Shown: piece by piece, positions 37,135-47,066 of the stretch
Layout: each line of letters begins with the position of its first letter
Position numbering within the stretch: the first letter of the stretch is position 1
Assembly: GCA_965612795.1 (NCBI GenBank)
Contig: CBFDTI010000003.1
Coordinates: 1-54,334, forward strand
Source of the DNA: an uncultured bacterium
Lineage (GTDB): Bacteria; Hydrothermota; UBA3073; NMUJ01
Length of the DNA stretch: 54,334 nt
Direction: 5' to 3'
Position numbers and translations under genes: made by a program
Notes under the pieces: model-generated
The model's database searches: none
The model's input: only the letters and a program-made list of their open reading frames with translations
Told to the model about the DNA's origin: nothing

Positions 37135-39228
37135 TCAGCGTAGTAAGATAAGTTTGCAGGTTTTGCTAAACTCGTGCTTACCAGAAGCCGATCGTACGTC
37201 CATCCTGTAGAAGTATACGCCAGGGGCTACCCTTCTACCGCGGCTATCTCTACCGTCCCAGTTCACCTCGTACAGACCTGGTTTGTGCGCGCCATCCACA
37301 AGCGTAGTTATCCTTTCACCCAACAGATTATACACGGCGATGGTCACCTCACCTGCTTTAGGTAGCTGATACCGTATAGTGGTGGTACGTGTGAACGGGT
37401 TAGGTATGTTCTGTGCCAGCATATATATACGTGGAGCTTGCGTCTCCTCCACACCTGTGGTAATATCATCAACCGAACGTGGCAGTATCTCGTAACCACT
37501 CCAGTATGGAACCGAAGGATCGTACTGACTCACCACACCCACTACATTGAATGGTCCCGTAGGTGCTGTTGTACCATCAATATCTGTATCTCTGTCGATC
37601 CACATCGTACAGCTGCCAGTTGCATCAGTAATCGTTACACCACCACTGCTGCCCTCAGGTGGGAACGCATCCGTTGTGGTGACATTTCTGATCATAACCA
37701 ACCTACCCTCATAGAGCTCACCCATGGTGTCGGCAAGATCTGCACATGTGATGACAAGCGTATCAAACGGTACACTTTCGTGTACAATCTCAAGGTTGGT
37801 AACATTGGTAAGCTCAGTCAACCCCTTATAGTAGCTTACGGTGGCAGTAAACTTAACTTCATTACCCACTTCTACTGTATTCGTGAAGTCCGCATCCCAT
37901 ACTGCGATACCGGCAGCAAAATCCTGTATGAACGATGGACCACCAAACTCATCCGCTACTGTAACTACACCGCGGATGAATAGCTCCTCACCATCCTGGA
38001 TAGATATACCATCGGGATCGTCGTTAGCAGCCGGCCCGTATATGAACGAACCGAACACCTCAACTGGTACCCAGTAAACACTACCTGTATCTTTGAGCTC
38101 AACGAAGTGGTTCTCCAAGAAGCCTGCCTCTGTATCTTTACCATTAACCCCGTACTTGTGCTCGATACGTTTGGGGCTACCAGCCGGGAACAGCAACGCT
38201 ACGGTGTAGATGCTATCGCCAGCAACCTCGTCCGGATATACACCATCGTCCCTCATCTGTAATTCAGGTGGATACATGGGTTGGTCCCACACCCACACGA
38301 GTGGCGGTACCGACCCCGCTATGTACACGCTATCCACACTATATACGGTATCGAGTGCACCCTCTGCATACCAATACCCCTGATCACGTATAGCGTAGAA
38401 TACATAACGCATATCGACACGGAATATGGCGGTTACATCCTGCATTAGGATATCCTCAGGCCCTATATTGTCGAAGTACCTGAGAGGTAACACCTGGAAG
38501 CCACCCGTATCGACGGGGTTACCTTCCTCATCACGTGGATCAAACTCAAACGTATAGTTGGGACCCGACTCCCATATACCGTCGTAAGGGTTTTCGTTAC
38601 CCCAAAGTGTGTCCGGACATATATGATATTTATACTCGATCACTGTACCACGACCGACATGGAACTCAACCGGCAACACATAGATGGTATCCCAAGGTTG
38701 CATGATGTTAGCGTCGTTCTCTTCCCATGTAAGCGGCGGTGTACCACCTCTGACTGTGGGTATATCAATACCGGGACGGAAGTTACCCATCACCTCCTGT
38801 ACTCTGAGATCTACTTGGAAGATGACCGTACCCCAGATCGGCAGTTCGGTAATATCGCCAAAATATACTGTATCGAGCACCTGTGTGCTACCGGTGAGCT
38901 CAAAAGTCCTGTTCCCTGGTATCGGTTCCCAATAATCGCCACCACCCGCATAATGGATTACATATTTGTATTCGACTGTACCCGTGGCATCACCGAAATC
39001 GATAGTTATCGAGTATATGCTATCACCTTCTGGATCAGTAAGTATATTATCGTAACCACCCCATGACAGTGGTGGTACGCTACCTCTAACTACGAGTGTA
39101 TCAACGGCGGGATCGAAATTACCCATAAGCATTTGTATGCGCATGTTGACGTTGAAAGTGACCTGGTTCTGAGCGAACCCCGCTACCGCAATGAGCAATG
39201 CCATAAAAATGATAATGGATTGTTTCAT
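37135..39228 (-). CDS. Secreted non-catalytic starch-binding-type protein (CBM20-like repeats, Ca-binding-like motif, OB-fold-like domains, T9SS-like C-terminal domain)
   Basis: Start at ATG 39228 after gaggagg; signal peptide; three 'V.F.V.MR...V.G..PPL.W...EYKY' CBM20-like units; 'MRDDG.YPDEVAGDSIYT' motif; OB-like 'RGVVT...FIQD...GI'; CTD 'QNIPNPF...WDGRD...APGVYFY'. Confidence 0.65.
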   Translation of the reverse strand: MKQSIIIFMALLIAVAGFAQNQVTFNVNMRIQMLMGNFDPAVDTLVVRGSVPPLSWGGYDNILTDPEGDSIYSITIDFGDATGTVEYKYVIHYAGGGDYWEPIPGNRTFELTGSTQVLDTVYFGDITELPIWGTVIFQVDLRVQEVMGNFRPGIDIPTVRGGTPPLTWEENDANIMQPWDTIYVLPVEFHVGRGTVIEYKYHICPDTLWGNENPYDGIWESGPNYTFEFDPRDEEGNPVDTGGFQVLPLRYFDNIGPEDILMQDVTAIFRVDMRYVFYAIRDQGYWYAEGALDTVYSVDSVYIAGSVPPLVWVWDQPMYPPELQMRDDGVYPDEVAGDSIYTVALLFPAGSPKRIEHKYGVNGKDTEAGFLENHFVELKDTGSVYWVPVEVFGSFIYGPAANDDPDGISIQDGEELFIRGVVTVADEFGGPSFIQDFAAGIAVWDADFTNTVEVGNEVKFTATVSYYKGLTELTNVTNLEIVHESVPFDTLVITCADLADTMGELYEGRLVMIRNVTTTDAFPPEGSSGGVTITDATGSCTMWIDRDTDIDGTTAPTGPFNVVGVVSQYDPSVPYWSGYEILPRSVDDITTGVEETQAPRIYMLAQNIPNPFTRTTTIRYQLPKAGEVTIAVYNLLGERITTLVDGAHKPGLYEVNWDGRDSRGRRVAPGVYFYRMDVRSASGKHEFSKTCKLILLR

Positions 39229-39249
39229 TATAACCTCCTCTTGCTGCAC

Positions 39250-39276
39250 AATTTACTTCATCTATTTAAAAGTCAA
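39250..39276 (-). promoter_or_regulatory. Putative internal promoter TTGACT-N15-TAAATT
   Basis: Minus strand reads ttgact tttaaatagatgaag taaatt, between the PorV-like gene and the CBM20-like gene. Confidence 0.55.
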
Positions 39277-39291
39277 CCCTAATCCGTGGGC

Positions 39292-40311
39292 TCAGAATCT
39301 CGTCGTAACACTTATATTCTGCACATTAGAGAGCCTGCCAAACGATTCATATGCATAGTCTATACGCATGGAACGTAACACACCACGCATACTGGTGGTG
39401 AGTCCCACACCAAATGTGAACCCCTCCTCCGAATCCACCATGAAAAGCGATTTGTATCCAGCCCTCAGTGATAACATGTTATTGAATACATACTCGAGAC
39501 CAAGGTTGAGCGATTCCGTGTTGTCGTTCGGATGTAATGCATCACACGCTACAGTTAACCGATGTGTAGCAGTGTTTACCAAATCAACCGATACCCCAAC
39601 CCTCAACAATAGCGGTAGGTCGAACCTTCCCGTTGCCAAGTATGCATTGATGAATGGATTATTACCAGCCATATCGGGTGCTATATCATGTTGTACAAGT
39701 AGATCACTACCCGTCATCTGCATCTTCGTACCGTAGTTTGATATACTCATACCGAATCTTGCACCCTTAAACTGTGTCTTAAACAACGTACCTATGTCGA
39801 TAGCGAACCCCGTCGCCCTACAGTTCATGATCCTCTCCTCGATATATTTTACATTGAACCCAATAATAAATCTATCCGTAAGCGGCCTCGCATAGGAGAG
39901 CCCGAACGCAAAGCTACCACAGTAAAACCATACCCCTGTACCTTCGGGGTCGAGCTCGGTGGTCTGCTCCATTTCACCGATGTCGAGATAAGTGAAGTTA
40001 GCCCCTATTGTACCAAACCTCTTTATTGGTAGCACCACACCGGCATATTCGAACGATATACCAGCAAACCATCTCGTATGTACGAGTACAGCTTCGTTAT
40101 GTGTCAACCGCGCTATACCGGCGACATTCCAGAACATGGCGGTTGCATCGTCAGCAACCGAAACAAATGCACCTCCCATACCGAGTGCACGTGGCCCTAC
40201 CGGCATCGTCAGGAACGGTGCTGCGGTTGTACCCACCTTGGTGATGATTCCATGTAGTGGTAATATCCAGCTGACCATTATCACTATCATTATATAACGT
40301 ATGGTACGCAT
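39292..40311 (-). CDS. PorV/PorQ-family outer-membrane beta-barrel
   Basis: GTTAAPFLTMPVGPRALGMGGAFVSVADDATAMFWNVAG is the PorV/FadL-like N-terminal signature; LRAGY, IDYAY, C-terminal Phe; start at ATG 40311 after aggagg. Confidence 0.85.
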   Translation of the reverse strand: MRTIRYIMIVIMVSWILPLHGIITKVGTTAAPFLTMPVGPRALGMGGAFVSVADDATAMFWNVAGIARLTHNEAVLVHTRWFAGISFEYAGVVLPIKRFGTIGANFTYLDIGEMEQTTELDPEGTGVWFYCGSFAFGLSYARPLTDRFIIGFNVKYIEERIMNCRATGFAIDIGTLFKTQFKGARFGMSISNYGTKMQMTGSDLLVQHDIAPDMAGNNPFINAYLATGRFDLPLLLRVGVSVDLVNTATHRLTVACDALHPNDNTESLNLGLEYVFNNMLSLRAGYKSLFMVDSEEGFTFGVGLTTSMRGVLRSMRIDYAYESFGRLSNVQNISVTTRF

Positions 40312-40321
40312 CGTGTACCTC

Positions 40322-43300
40322 CTATTTAATGATGGCAAATTTGCCAATTTTTTCACCTATACCGGGCGCTTCTATGTGATAGATATAAACCCCATAGGAG
40401 ACTTCGAGGTTATCCTTGGTTAACAGATCCCATCTACAGGTACCGTCGTCGAGTGGCGCCTCATGTTCTATTTTCCTGACGAGTTCACCCCTTAAGTTGT
40501 AAATCCTTATGGTACATTTAGCTGGCAGGTGGATAAAGTGTATCTCACGCGGCCCCCTACCACTGGTGTATGGGTTATGCGGTTCCCACATGGCTACTGC
40601 AACGTAGGGGTTGGGTACAACTTTGACCCGACTCAGATCGTACTTAGCCTTGTTAGTATCCACGTATGCACCTTTAACGGTAAACCTGTAGACATCGTTG
40701 GATAGGAACGGTTTCCTCATGTAGATGTAAAAGGTATCGCCTGCAGTCGGTAGTGCCGCGGTGGTATCGGATGCGAACTCAACCACCCACGTAGGTGTAA
40801 GCACCGTATCAGGTGGTATCTGTTGAAGGAATATGATCCTTTCGTTCGGTGATAACGAAGAGTCGGGTCTACCCTTTTCATGGAATGCAAACTCAACACG
40901 TTCACCTGTGTTGTGGTTTATCACGGTGAAGTTAACCGGTACCGCAGGTAGATGTAATGGATAAGGCCAGGTTGTGCTAAACTCTGTGGATGTATCGAGT
41001 ACGGATTCACTGAACACTATGATGTAATCAGCGGGATAGCGTTTACCCGCATAGGCAGGAGTTACAAGTGTGGTTATACTCTTTACCGGCAATAAGGAGG
41101 TATCATTCCACCCGGTAAGTGTGTCGATCACCTCAATGTACTCATCGTTATCCAAGTACAAGCGCAAACCATGCCGTATGTCACGCTCTTGCCAGGGCTT
41201 GACCTCTGGACAGTCTTTAACCAACGTATCCGGGTTATCAGGATCAGTAACATCTACCCAAGTGAACGATTTGGTACTGAATGCGGAATCTTTAAACGTA
41301 ACCTCGTAAGTGTGGCCATCCCTCACCTCACGTGGATCGATGATCTCAACCGCTACCTCACCTGTAGCATACCCCGATATGTGGTCAAACTCTTCGAGTG
41401 AAGGCGGTACGTAACCAGCAGCTGGTGCAGCAGGTGTAACGGCTACTACATTGATAGCGGTGTGTATCTCACCAGTGGGATCGACTGTGGCAAATTTAGG
41501 TGTCTCAGATGGTGGGATACCAAGCTCCACACTACCTTTATCATAAGCTGTAACCGCATAGAAGTAAGTGAACCCATTCTCTACGTTGGTATCAACAAAA
41601 CAGTGTCGTAACCCGGTGTTATCACCAAGATAAAATTGTACACCATTAATCGCAATGGGGAAGAACCCACTATCGGCATCGATAAGATCATACTGTGCAA
41701 TGGGTACATTAAATATCACGTTACCGAAACCATCGGTAATCTCACCAGCATCTTCCCAAGTTGGCCATGTAGCTTTGTAGATCTTATACCCTTCGAAATC
41801 GTAACCGGTCATCGGATCATACGAGTGTTCAGCTCTATCGTCCCAGTATAGGATGACCTTGCGATCACCAGCTACCGCTTTGACAGTGGGTAACTCAGGT
41901 GCTTTCGCAAACCTATAGTTCCAGTTATAAATCTGCTGCACAATATGTGTGGTACGGACGATAGCTTCACGATTCTCGCCAAACAGTAGCGCAATAGAGA
42001 AACGTTCAGTCTGACCAGGCCTAAGCGAGAAGTATCCCGACCCCCATATGAAGTCGCCATCGGCACCACCGGGAGGTAGCTCGATCGTACTGAAATAACC
42101 TGGCTGTAGACATCCCCACAGTTGTTCGTCGTTACGTAGCTTGACCTTATTGAATGGATGAAAGAAATAGAATGAAGTGAGCCCAATCTGGTCGGACTCG
42201 TCTTTGTCAGTGGCATCAAAATCAGGCTCCCCCGCTGTAGGTACGCCATCACCTTCTCCATAGTCACCGGTACCTGGTAGCCCATCAGCACCTACATCGT
42301 CGGTGAGCGGATCCCAATCCCCATCATTGTCAATACCGTCGTCACGCCGTTCGTCAATGAGTGGATTGTCAAGCCCCTCACCCGTAAGCCAATCGACGTA
42401 TTTATAACCCAGATGCAGGTTGATATTTTCATCGATCAACCCGTTAAGATTGTCATCAAACCTATTATGTGGATCCTCCTCCACTGTATCACCCGGCATT
42501 ATCCGTATAGTATCGGTGCGAAACCTTATCAACACACCAGTATCTGGCATCGTGGTAACCGTTCTCTCAAACGTATTGTAATCTATAAGCACGATATCAT
42601 CCCCTACGGAGTAGACCTTAGGTTGAAAATCCTGTATCTGTAGGGTTGGCCCTGGCCCATACTGGCCATCGTTATCGTCATCGATACCATTCCATGGATC
42701 ACCGGGAGTTTCGAGGAATGCTGACCCTGCATAACCCACAGGTGTCCATCCAGTGTTACCTATACCATCGTAATCATAACAATATACGACACGATCCTCA
42801 CGTATGAAGTCGGCCATATCGTCGTGCGAATCACCATCACCACCGACAATACCACCCCAGATCATACCGAACACCACCTTATGTAACACAGAAGTGCCAA
42901 CATTGGTGATATCGAAATGCCAGAATATACAATCCTGTGCAAGCGGGTGTGACCATTGGAACCCCCTCACCCCTACACGTAAGCCGAGCCCCCTACGGGT
43001 GGAGTCAGCCGAATCTGGATAGAACGGGAACTCCTCATCGCTGTTGTCATCCATCACGTAATAACTTTCCTGGTCGGCATTCATGACATTTTTACCAAAG
43101 TAACCGTTCCAGGCGCCGGGCCAGCCAGGGTCATCGGGATGGTCCATCCTATCGGGCCAAAACGGGGGCCACGACTCCGGTATGTGGCTCATAGCGATCA
43201 GATCGGTGTCAGGGTTGGCATATCCGGGGATGGGTTCCCAACCCCAAAATGTGGTACCATCCGGCGAATATTCGTTGTTACCACGGGGACCATCGGCTAC

Positions 43301-43645
43301 TTCGACTGAATGTATGTAAACAATGCTATCCCTGTAGAGGGTGTCGTTACCGATGATGGTATCGATAACCCGTATGGTGATGGGTACCTCTGCACCTACC
43401 ATTATGCTGACATCACCTATGTATTCGTGACCTGAGTTGATAGGCCATTCACCACCATAATCCTCAGCAGGTGATATACGTCCGATAAGCCCATAATTGA
43501 AGAAAGTGGTACGTACGCGGTTACCAGAGTGTACCCCCTTGCGCCTTTCGTAGTAGGAGCCACGCCCTTCGTATGGGTTTTGTGCACCCCACAGTGTGGT
43601 AACCAAAAATATCGCTGAAAGCATAAATCTTATGTAGGTTTTCAT
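40322..43645 (-). CDS. Large secreted hypothetical protein with Asp-rich Ca-binding-like repeats, FN3-like segment and atypical T9SS-like C-terminal domain
   Basis: Signal peptide; DGIDNDGD-type repeats; 'VILYWD...FEGYKIYK...YFYAVTAYD' FN3-like; C-terminus 'VKVVPNPY...IRIYNLRGELV...WDL...GVYIYH...KFAIIK'. Confidence 0.7.
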   Translation of the reverse strand: MKTYIRFMLSAIFLVTTLWGAQNPYEGRGSYYERRKGVHSGNRVRTTFFNYGLIGRISPAEDYGGEWPINSGHEYIGDVSIMVGAEVPITIRVIDTIIGNDTLYRDSIVYIHSVEVADGPRGNNEYSPDGTTFWGWEPIPGYANPDTDLIAMSHIPESWPPFWPDRMDHPDDPGWPGAWNGYFGKNVMNADQESYYVMDDNSDEEFPFYPDSADSTRRGLGLRVGVRGFQWSHPLAQDCIFWHFDITNVGTSVLHKVVFGMIWGGIVGGDGDSHDDMADFIREDRVVYCYDYDGIGNTGWTPVGYAGSAFLETPGDPWNGIDDDNDGQYGPGPTLQIQDFQPKVYSVGDDIVLIDYNTFERTVTTMPDTGVLIRFRTDTIRIMPGDTVEEDPHNRFDDNLNGLIDENINLHLGYKYVDWLTGEGLDNPLIDERRDDGIDNDGDWDPLTDDVGADGLPGTGDYGEGDGVPTAGEPDFDATDKDESDQIGLTSFYFFHPFNKVKLRNDEQLWGCLQPGYFSTIELPPGGADGDFIWGSGYFSLRPGQTERFSIALLFGENREAIVRTTHIVQQIYNWNYRFAKAPELPTVKAVAGDRKVILYWDDRAEHSYDPMTGYDFEGYKIYKATWPTWEDAGEITDGFGNVIFNVPIAQYDLIDADSGFFPIAINGVQFYLGDNTGLRHCFVDTNVENGFTYFYAVTAYDKGSVELGIPPSETPKFATVDPTGEIHTAINVVAVTPAAPAAGYVPPSLEEFDHISGYATGEVAVEIIDPREVRDGHTYEVTFKDSAFSTKSFTWVDVTDPDNPDTLVKDCPEVKPWQERDIRHGLRLYLDNDEYIEVIDTLTGWNDTSLLPVKSITTLVTPAYAGKRYPADYIIVFSESVLDTSTEFSTTWPYPLHLPAVPVNFTVINHNTGERVEFAFHEKGRPDSSLSPNERIIFLQQIPPDTVLTPTWVVEFASDTTAALPTAGDTFYIYMRKPFLSNDVYRFTVKGAYVDTNKAKYDLSRVKVVPNPYVAVAMWEPHNPYTSGRGPREIHFIHLPAKCTIRIYNLRGELVRKIEHEAPLDDGTCRWDLLTKDNLEVSYGVYIYHIEAPGIGEKIGKFAIIK
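42185..42695 (-). repeat. Asp/Gly-rich putative Ca-binding repeats within the 1107-aa protein
   Basis: GIDDDNDG, FDDNLNGLIDE, DDGIDNDGDWD, DDVGADG, GEGDG, DKDESDQ. Confidence 0.55.
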
Positions 43646-43657
43646 ATTACCCCCTGA

Positions 43658-46312
43658 TTAAAATTCTACTGATAACCCTATCTGTATTTGACGTGGTTCG
43701 GAATAGAAATCCGGCCGTATGAACCAGTTGGGATCAGCATCACCACCAGCCGTACGTTGTTCAAGCGTGTAAGTAGCTCTACCTGTGTCTTCAAATACCC
43801 CATATTCGTTACGTATGTCGAACAGATTGAAGATCTTGACAAGCAATGCCACCGCTAAGCGTCCAAGTTTAACTCTATAGGTATAGTTGAAATCAACATC
43901 AACCGTCGGCGGGCGACGTTCACAGTTCTCTTTAAGTCCCGTGTATAAAGTGCGACCTACACGCGTACCCTGTACCACTCTTGGAGTGTATGGTAGTCCT
44001 GACCCATACTTGAATATGAAGCTGGTTTCAAAGTTTGTGCCCCCAAATATTAGCGTTACGTTAAGTGTATGACGTTGATCCCAATCCAACGGAACAACCT
44101 CCTTACGTGGCTCTCTACCTGCACGTGCGTCGTTGAATGCATCTTCGGGGTTGGACGATGTACCTTCAGCTATTTGGTAAGTATAAGCCAAGCTGAACCC
44201 GAAATTGCTGCCACCGATACGATATTTGTCGAACGAAAACGTTATACCACGTACATTCGCATAGTCCTTATTTACATACTTCACATATTTGGTACCTGGT
44301 ATCACGGTGTTAATCTCGGGTGAGGTACCCACCCAACCTCTTATGTCACGATAGAATAGAGTAATATCCATACGCATATCGTTACGGAACCCCTGTTGTA
44401 GGCCTATCTCGTACATTACCGTACGTTGGGCATCAAGGTCTGCATTACCTAAGATTGTGCTTATACCGGAGGTTTTAGGTACCTCAAATTCGGGATTTTT
44501 GTAGAGGTATTCGAATTGCGGTATCTGTAAGAAGTGCCCATAAGAGAAGTGTATAACACCCTTATCGGTTATCGGGTAAGCTATACCCAAGCGTGGGCTG
44601 ATCTGCTTTTTGGGGTTAGCTTTCTTCCACCAGATCTTTTCACGTTCTTCGAGCGTCATCTGTTGATGTTCGGGACGCCATGGATCCAATATGTTAGGGT
44701 CGGCTGGGTCACGAAGTACTACGCCATCGGGTTCGAAGTAGTCGAACCTCACCCCTACGTTTACTATCATGTCTTTAAACTCTATCTTATCTTGTACATA
44801 GCATGAAGCTAAATATGGGTGTTTATGATAACGATTATGGTTAGGTGCGGTGAAGTCAGGTACGTAGGGTTCGAAAGGTACAACTTCGACACCTTCAACA
44901 GTTTTGGGGATGATCTCAAACTCATGCATGAACAAGTCGTATAGCTGCAGTTCGAACCCTGCCTTCATTTCATGTGAGGGCCTCACCTGTGAGGTAAGGT
45001 CAACCCTCAACGTGGTGGTTTTGCTCCATCGATAGAAATGCTGCATCTTAGTACCCGCATGTGCAAACGAGTATGGAGGTGCAGTAAGTGAGTCAGGATG
45101 TACGTAACGTGGATCGTACGGATCCTCATACACGTAGTGCTTATAGCTGGAGTAGAAATGCGCAATATTAAAGGTATAGAAGGTTTTGGGGCTTATCGTA
45201 TGCGTAAGTGTAAGCTGATGATTGTACCCAGTTTTGAACCGCTTCCAGTCGCCGTCTGGATTGTATTTGAAGTAATGATCGTATTCCTTGTAGTTGATGC
45301 GATTGGCGAGATACGCGTAGCTGAGATTCACACCCTTGGTAATCTGGTAAAATAGTTTACCCTGAAAGAACAGCTTACGATAGTAGTTCATAGGCACAAT
45401 GCGGTTATCGCCTAGCTCACCGGTGGGTAAGAATTTACGTATACCATATAGCCATCCATCATTGTAGTAGTAACGTGAGGTTAAGAAGAACGTCAGGTTT
45501 TTGGTGAAGAGCGGTCCCGATAGTGTGAAACGCACGTTTTTGTTTTGGAATGGGTTAAACTTATTCAACCCCGTAAACTTAGTATCAGTAGTGTAGTAAT
45601 CAGCCAACCATACCACGAAGTTACCTGAGAACTCATCACTACCCTTCTTAGTGACTATGTTTACCACGCCTGACATCGCCTGCCCATATTCGGCATTGAA
45701 TGTACCGCTCACTACTTGTAGCTCCTGTATAGCGGAGTTGTCCACCTCAACCGCTATATCACCAGAGTAAGGGTCGGTAACTGAGATACCATCTATCATA
45801 TAGGCAACCTCACCGTAGCGACCACCCCGTATGTGACCTTTGACAACACCTGCTTGTAGATCGAGTAGCTCATAGAATGTTTCAACCGGCATCACTTCTA
45901 TATCGCGAGACTTAACGATAGATAGGCTGGAGGTTAGGTCACGTCGTATGATTTTACGTTCGGCGACTACGACGATTTCGCCCAACTCCAGCACGGTAGG
46001 GGTGAGTTCAAAATTTTGCACCGTAGTGAAATCCGCCGATACGCGTACACCTTCCACACGCATACGTTGGTAACCCATCATAGAAGCGACAAGCGTATAT
46101 TCGCCAGGTGGTACATTGAGTATGAAGTAGTAGCCGTTGGAATCAGTAGCCGCACCCAGGTGAGTACCTTCAACTATCACGTTTGCGAGGGCGAGTGGTT
46201 TACCGGTTTCGCGATCGATAACTCTACCGGTGATCTTACCGGTGACGCCTGCAAATAGAAATGTTGTAAGTAAGTATCCCACGGTAAGAAAAATGGGAAT
46301 TAACCGCTTCAT
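43658..46312 (-). CDS. TonB-dependent receptor (carboxypeptidase-regulatory-like N-domain, plug, barrel)
   Basis: TGKITGRVID..TG.PL..ANV, HIRGGR..EVAYMIDG, SGTFNAEYG.AMSGVVNIVTK, SPRLG.AYP, N.F...PRQIQIGLSVEF (terminal Phe). Confidence 0.92.
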   Translation of the reverse strand: MKRLIPIFLTVGYLLTTFLFAGVTGKITGRVIDRETGKPLALANVIVEGTHLGAATDSNGYYFILNVPPGEYTLVASMMGYQRMRVEGVRVSADFTTVQNFELTPTVLELGEIVVVAERKIIRRDLTSSLSIVKSRDIEVMPVETFYELLDLQAGVVKGHIRGGRYGEVAYMIDGISVTDPYSGDIAVEVDNSAIQELQVVSGTFNAEYGQAMSGVVNIVTKKGSDEFSGNFVVWLADYYTTDTKFTGLNKFNPFQNKNVRFTLSGPLFTKNLTFFLTSRYYYNDGWLYGIRKFLPTGELGDNRIVPMNYYRKLFFQGKLFYQITKGVNLSYAYLANRINYKEYDHYFKYNPDGDWKRFKTGYNHQLTLTHTISPKTFYTFNIAHFYSSYKHYVYEDPYDPRYVHPDSLTAPPYSFAHAGTKMQHFYRWSKTTTLRVDLTSQVRPSHEMKAGFELQLYDLFMHEFEIIPKTVEGVEVVPFEPYVPDFTAPNHNRYHKHPYLASCYVQDKIEFKDMIVNVGVRFDYFEPDGVVLRDPADPNILDPWRPEHQQMTLEEREKIWWKKANPKKQISPRLGIAYPITDKGVIHFSYGHFLQIPQFEYLYKNPEFEVPKTSGISTILGNADLDAQRTVMYEIGLQQGFRNDMRMDITLFYRDIRGWVGTSPEINTVIPGTKYVKYVNKDYANVRGITFSFDKYRIGGSNFGFSLAYTYQIAEGTSSNPEDAFNDARAGREPRKEVVPLDWDQRHTLNVTLIFGGTNFETSFIFKYGSGLPYTPRVVQGTRVGRTLYTGLKENCERRPPTVDVDFNYTYRVKLGRLAVALLVKIFNLFDIRNEYGVFEDTGRATYTLEQRTAGGDADPNWFIRPDFYSEPRQIQIGLSVEF

Positions 46313-46336
46313 TTTACCCCCTTATGAGTTGGAATT

Positions 46337-46363
46337 AAAATAATGTCAGCTCGATATGGTCAA
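46337..46363 (-). promoter_or_regulatory. Putative TBDR-operon promoter TTGACC-N15-TATTTT
   Basis: Minus strand reads ttgacc atatcgagctgacat tatttt; agggggt RBS downstream. Confidence 0.6.
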
Positions 46364-46432
46364 TGATATATGTAAGATTGTGAGTTAGCTTTACACGAGA
46401 GAATTTTTGCTATCCATTAAGAGGAGGTTAAA

Positions 46433-46981
46433 ATGGTTTCACGTGATGAGCTGTTAAGGTTATTGTATCAGAAAGTGAAGACCAAAAATCTGATCAAACA
46501 TATGTTAGCAACCGAAGCCTGTATGCGGGCGCTGGCGGATAGGATGGGTGAAGACATGGAAAAGTGGGGGTTGGTGGGATTAGTACATGATATAGATTAT
46601 GAGGAGACCAAGGATAACTTCGCCCAGCATGGGCTTGTCTCCGCACGTATGTTGAAGGAGATGGGGTTACCACAGGACATTATTGATGCAGTCAAAGCAC
46701 ATGCGGGTAAGAAGGAACCAACGACTAAGATGGAATGGGCTTTATACGCGGTGGATCCACTCACCGGCCTCATAGTGGCGGCTGCACTTATGCATCCATC
46801 GAAGTCACTGAGGGGGATAGATCGCGATTTCGTGCTACGAAGGTTCAAAGAGAAACGATTTGCGGCAGGTGCCAACCGTGACCAGATACGACAGTGTGAA
46901 AAGCTGGGGTTAACGCTTGAGGAGTTTATCGACATATGCGTGAAGGCGATGCAGGGTATAGCCAAAGAGTTAGGGTTATGA
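46433..46981 (+). CDS. HD/HDIG-domain metal-dependent phosphohydrolase
   Basis: KHMLATE, HDIDYE, QHG, KAH, AVDPLTGLI, KRFAAGANR; RBS gaggagg. Confidence 0.85.
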   Translation: MVSRDELLRLLYQKVKTKNLIKHMLATEACMRALADRMGEDMEKWGLVGLVHDIDYEETKDNFAQHGLVSARMLKEMGLPQDIIDAVKAHAGKKEPTTKMEWALYAVDPLTGLIVAAALMHPSKSLRGIDRDFVLRRFKEKRFAAGANRDQIRQCEKLGLTLEEFIDICVKAMQGIAKELGL

Positions 46982-47028
46982 ACAAGTGAAATGCGGCACG
47001 TAACTTCGATCCAAACACTAACCTGTCA

Positions 47029-47056
47029 TTGACCTGCACATGGGTTAAGTTAATTT
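47029..47056 (+). promoter_or_regulatory. Putative rsmI-operon promoter TTGACC-N16-TAATTT
   Basis: TTGACC 47029-47034, TAATTT 47051-47056, ATG 10 nt downstream with no SD. Confidence 0.45.
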
Positions 47057-47066
47057 CTACATCTAG

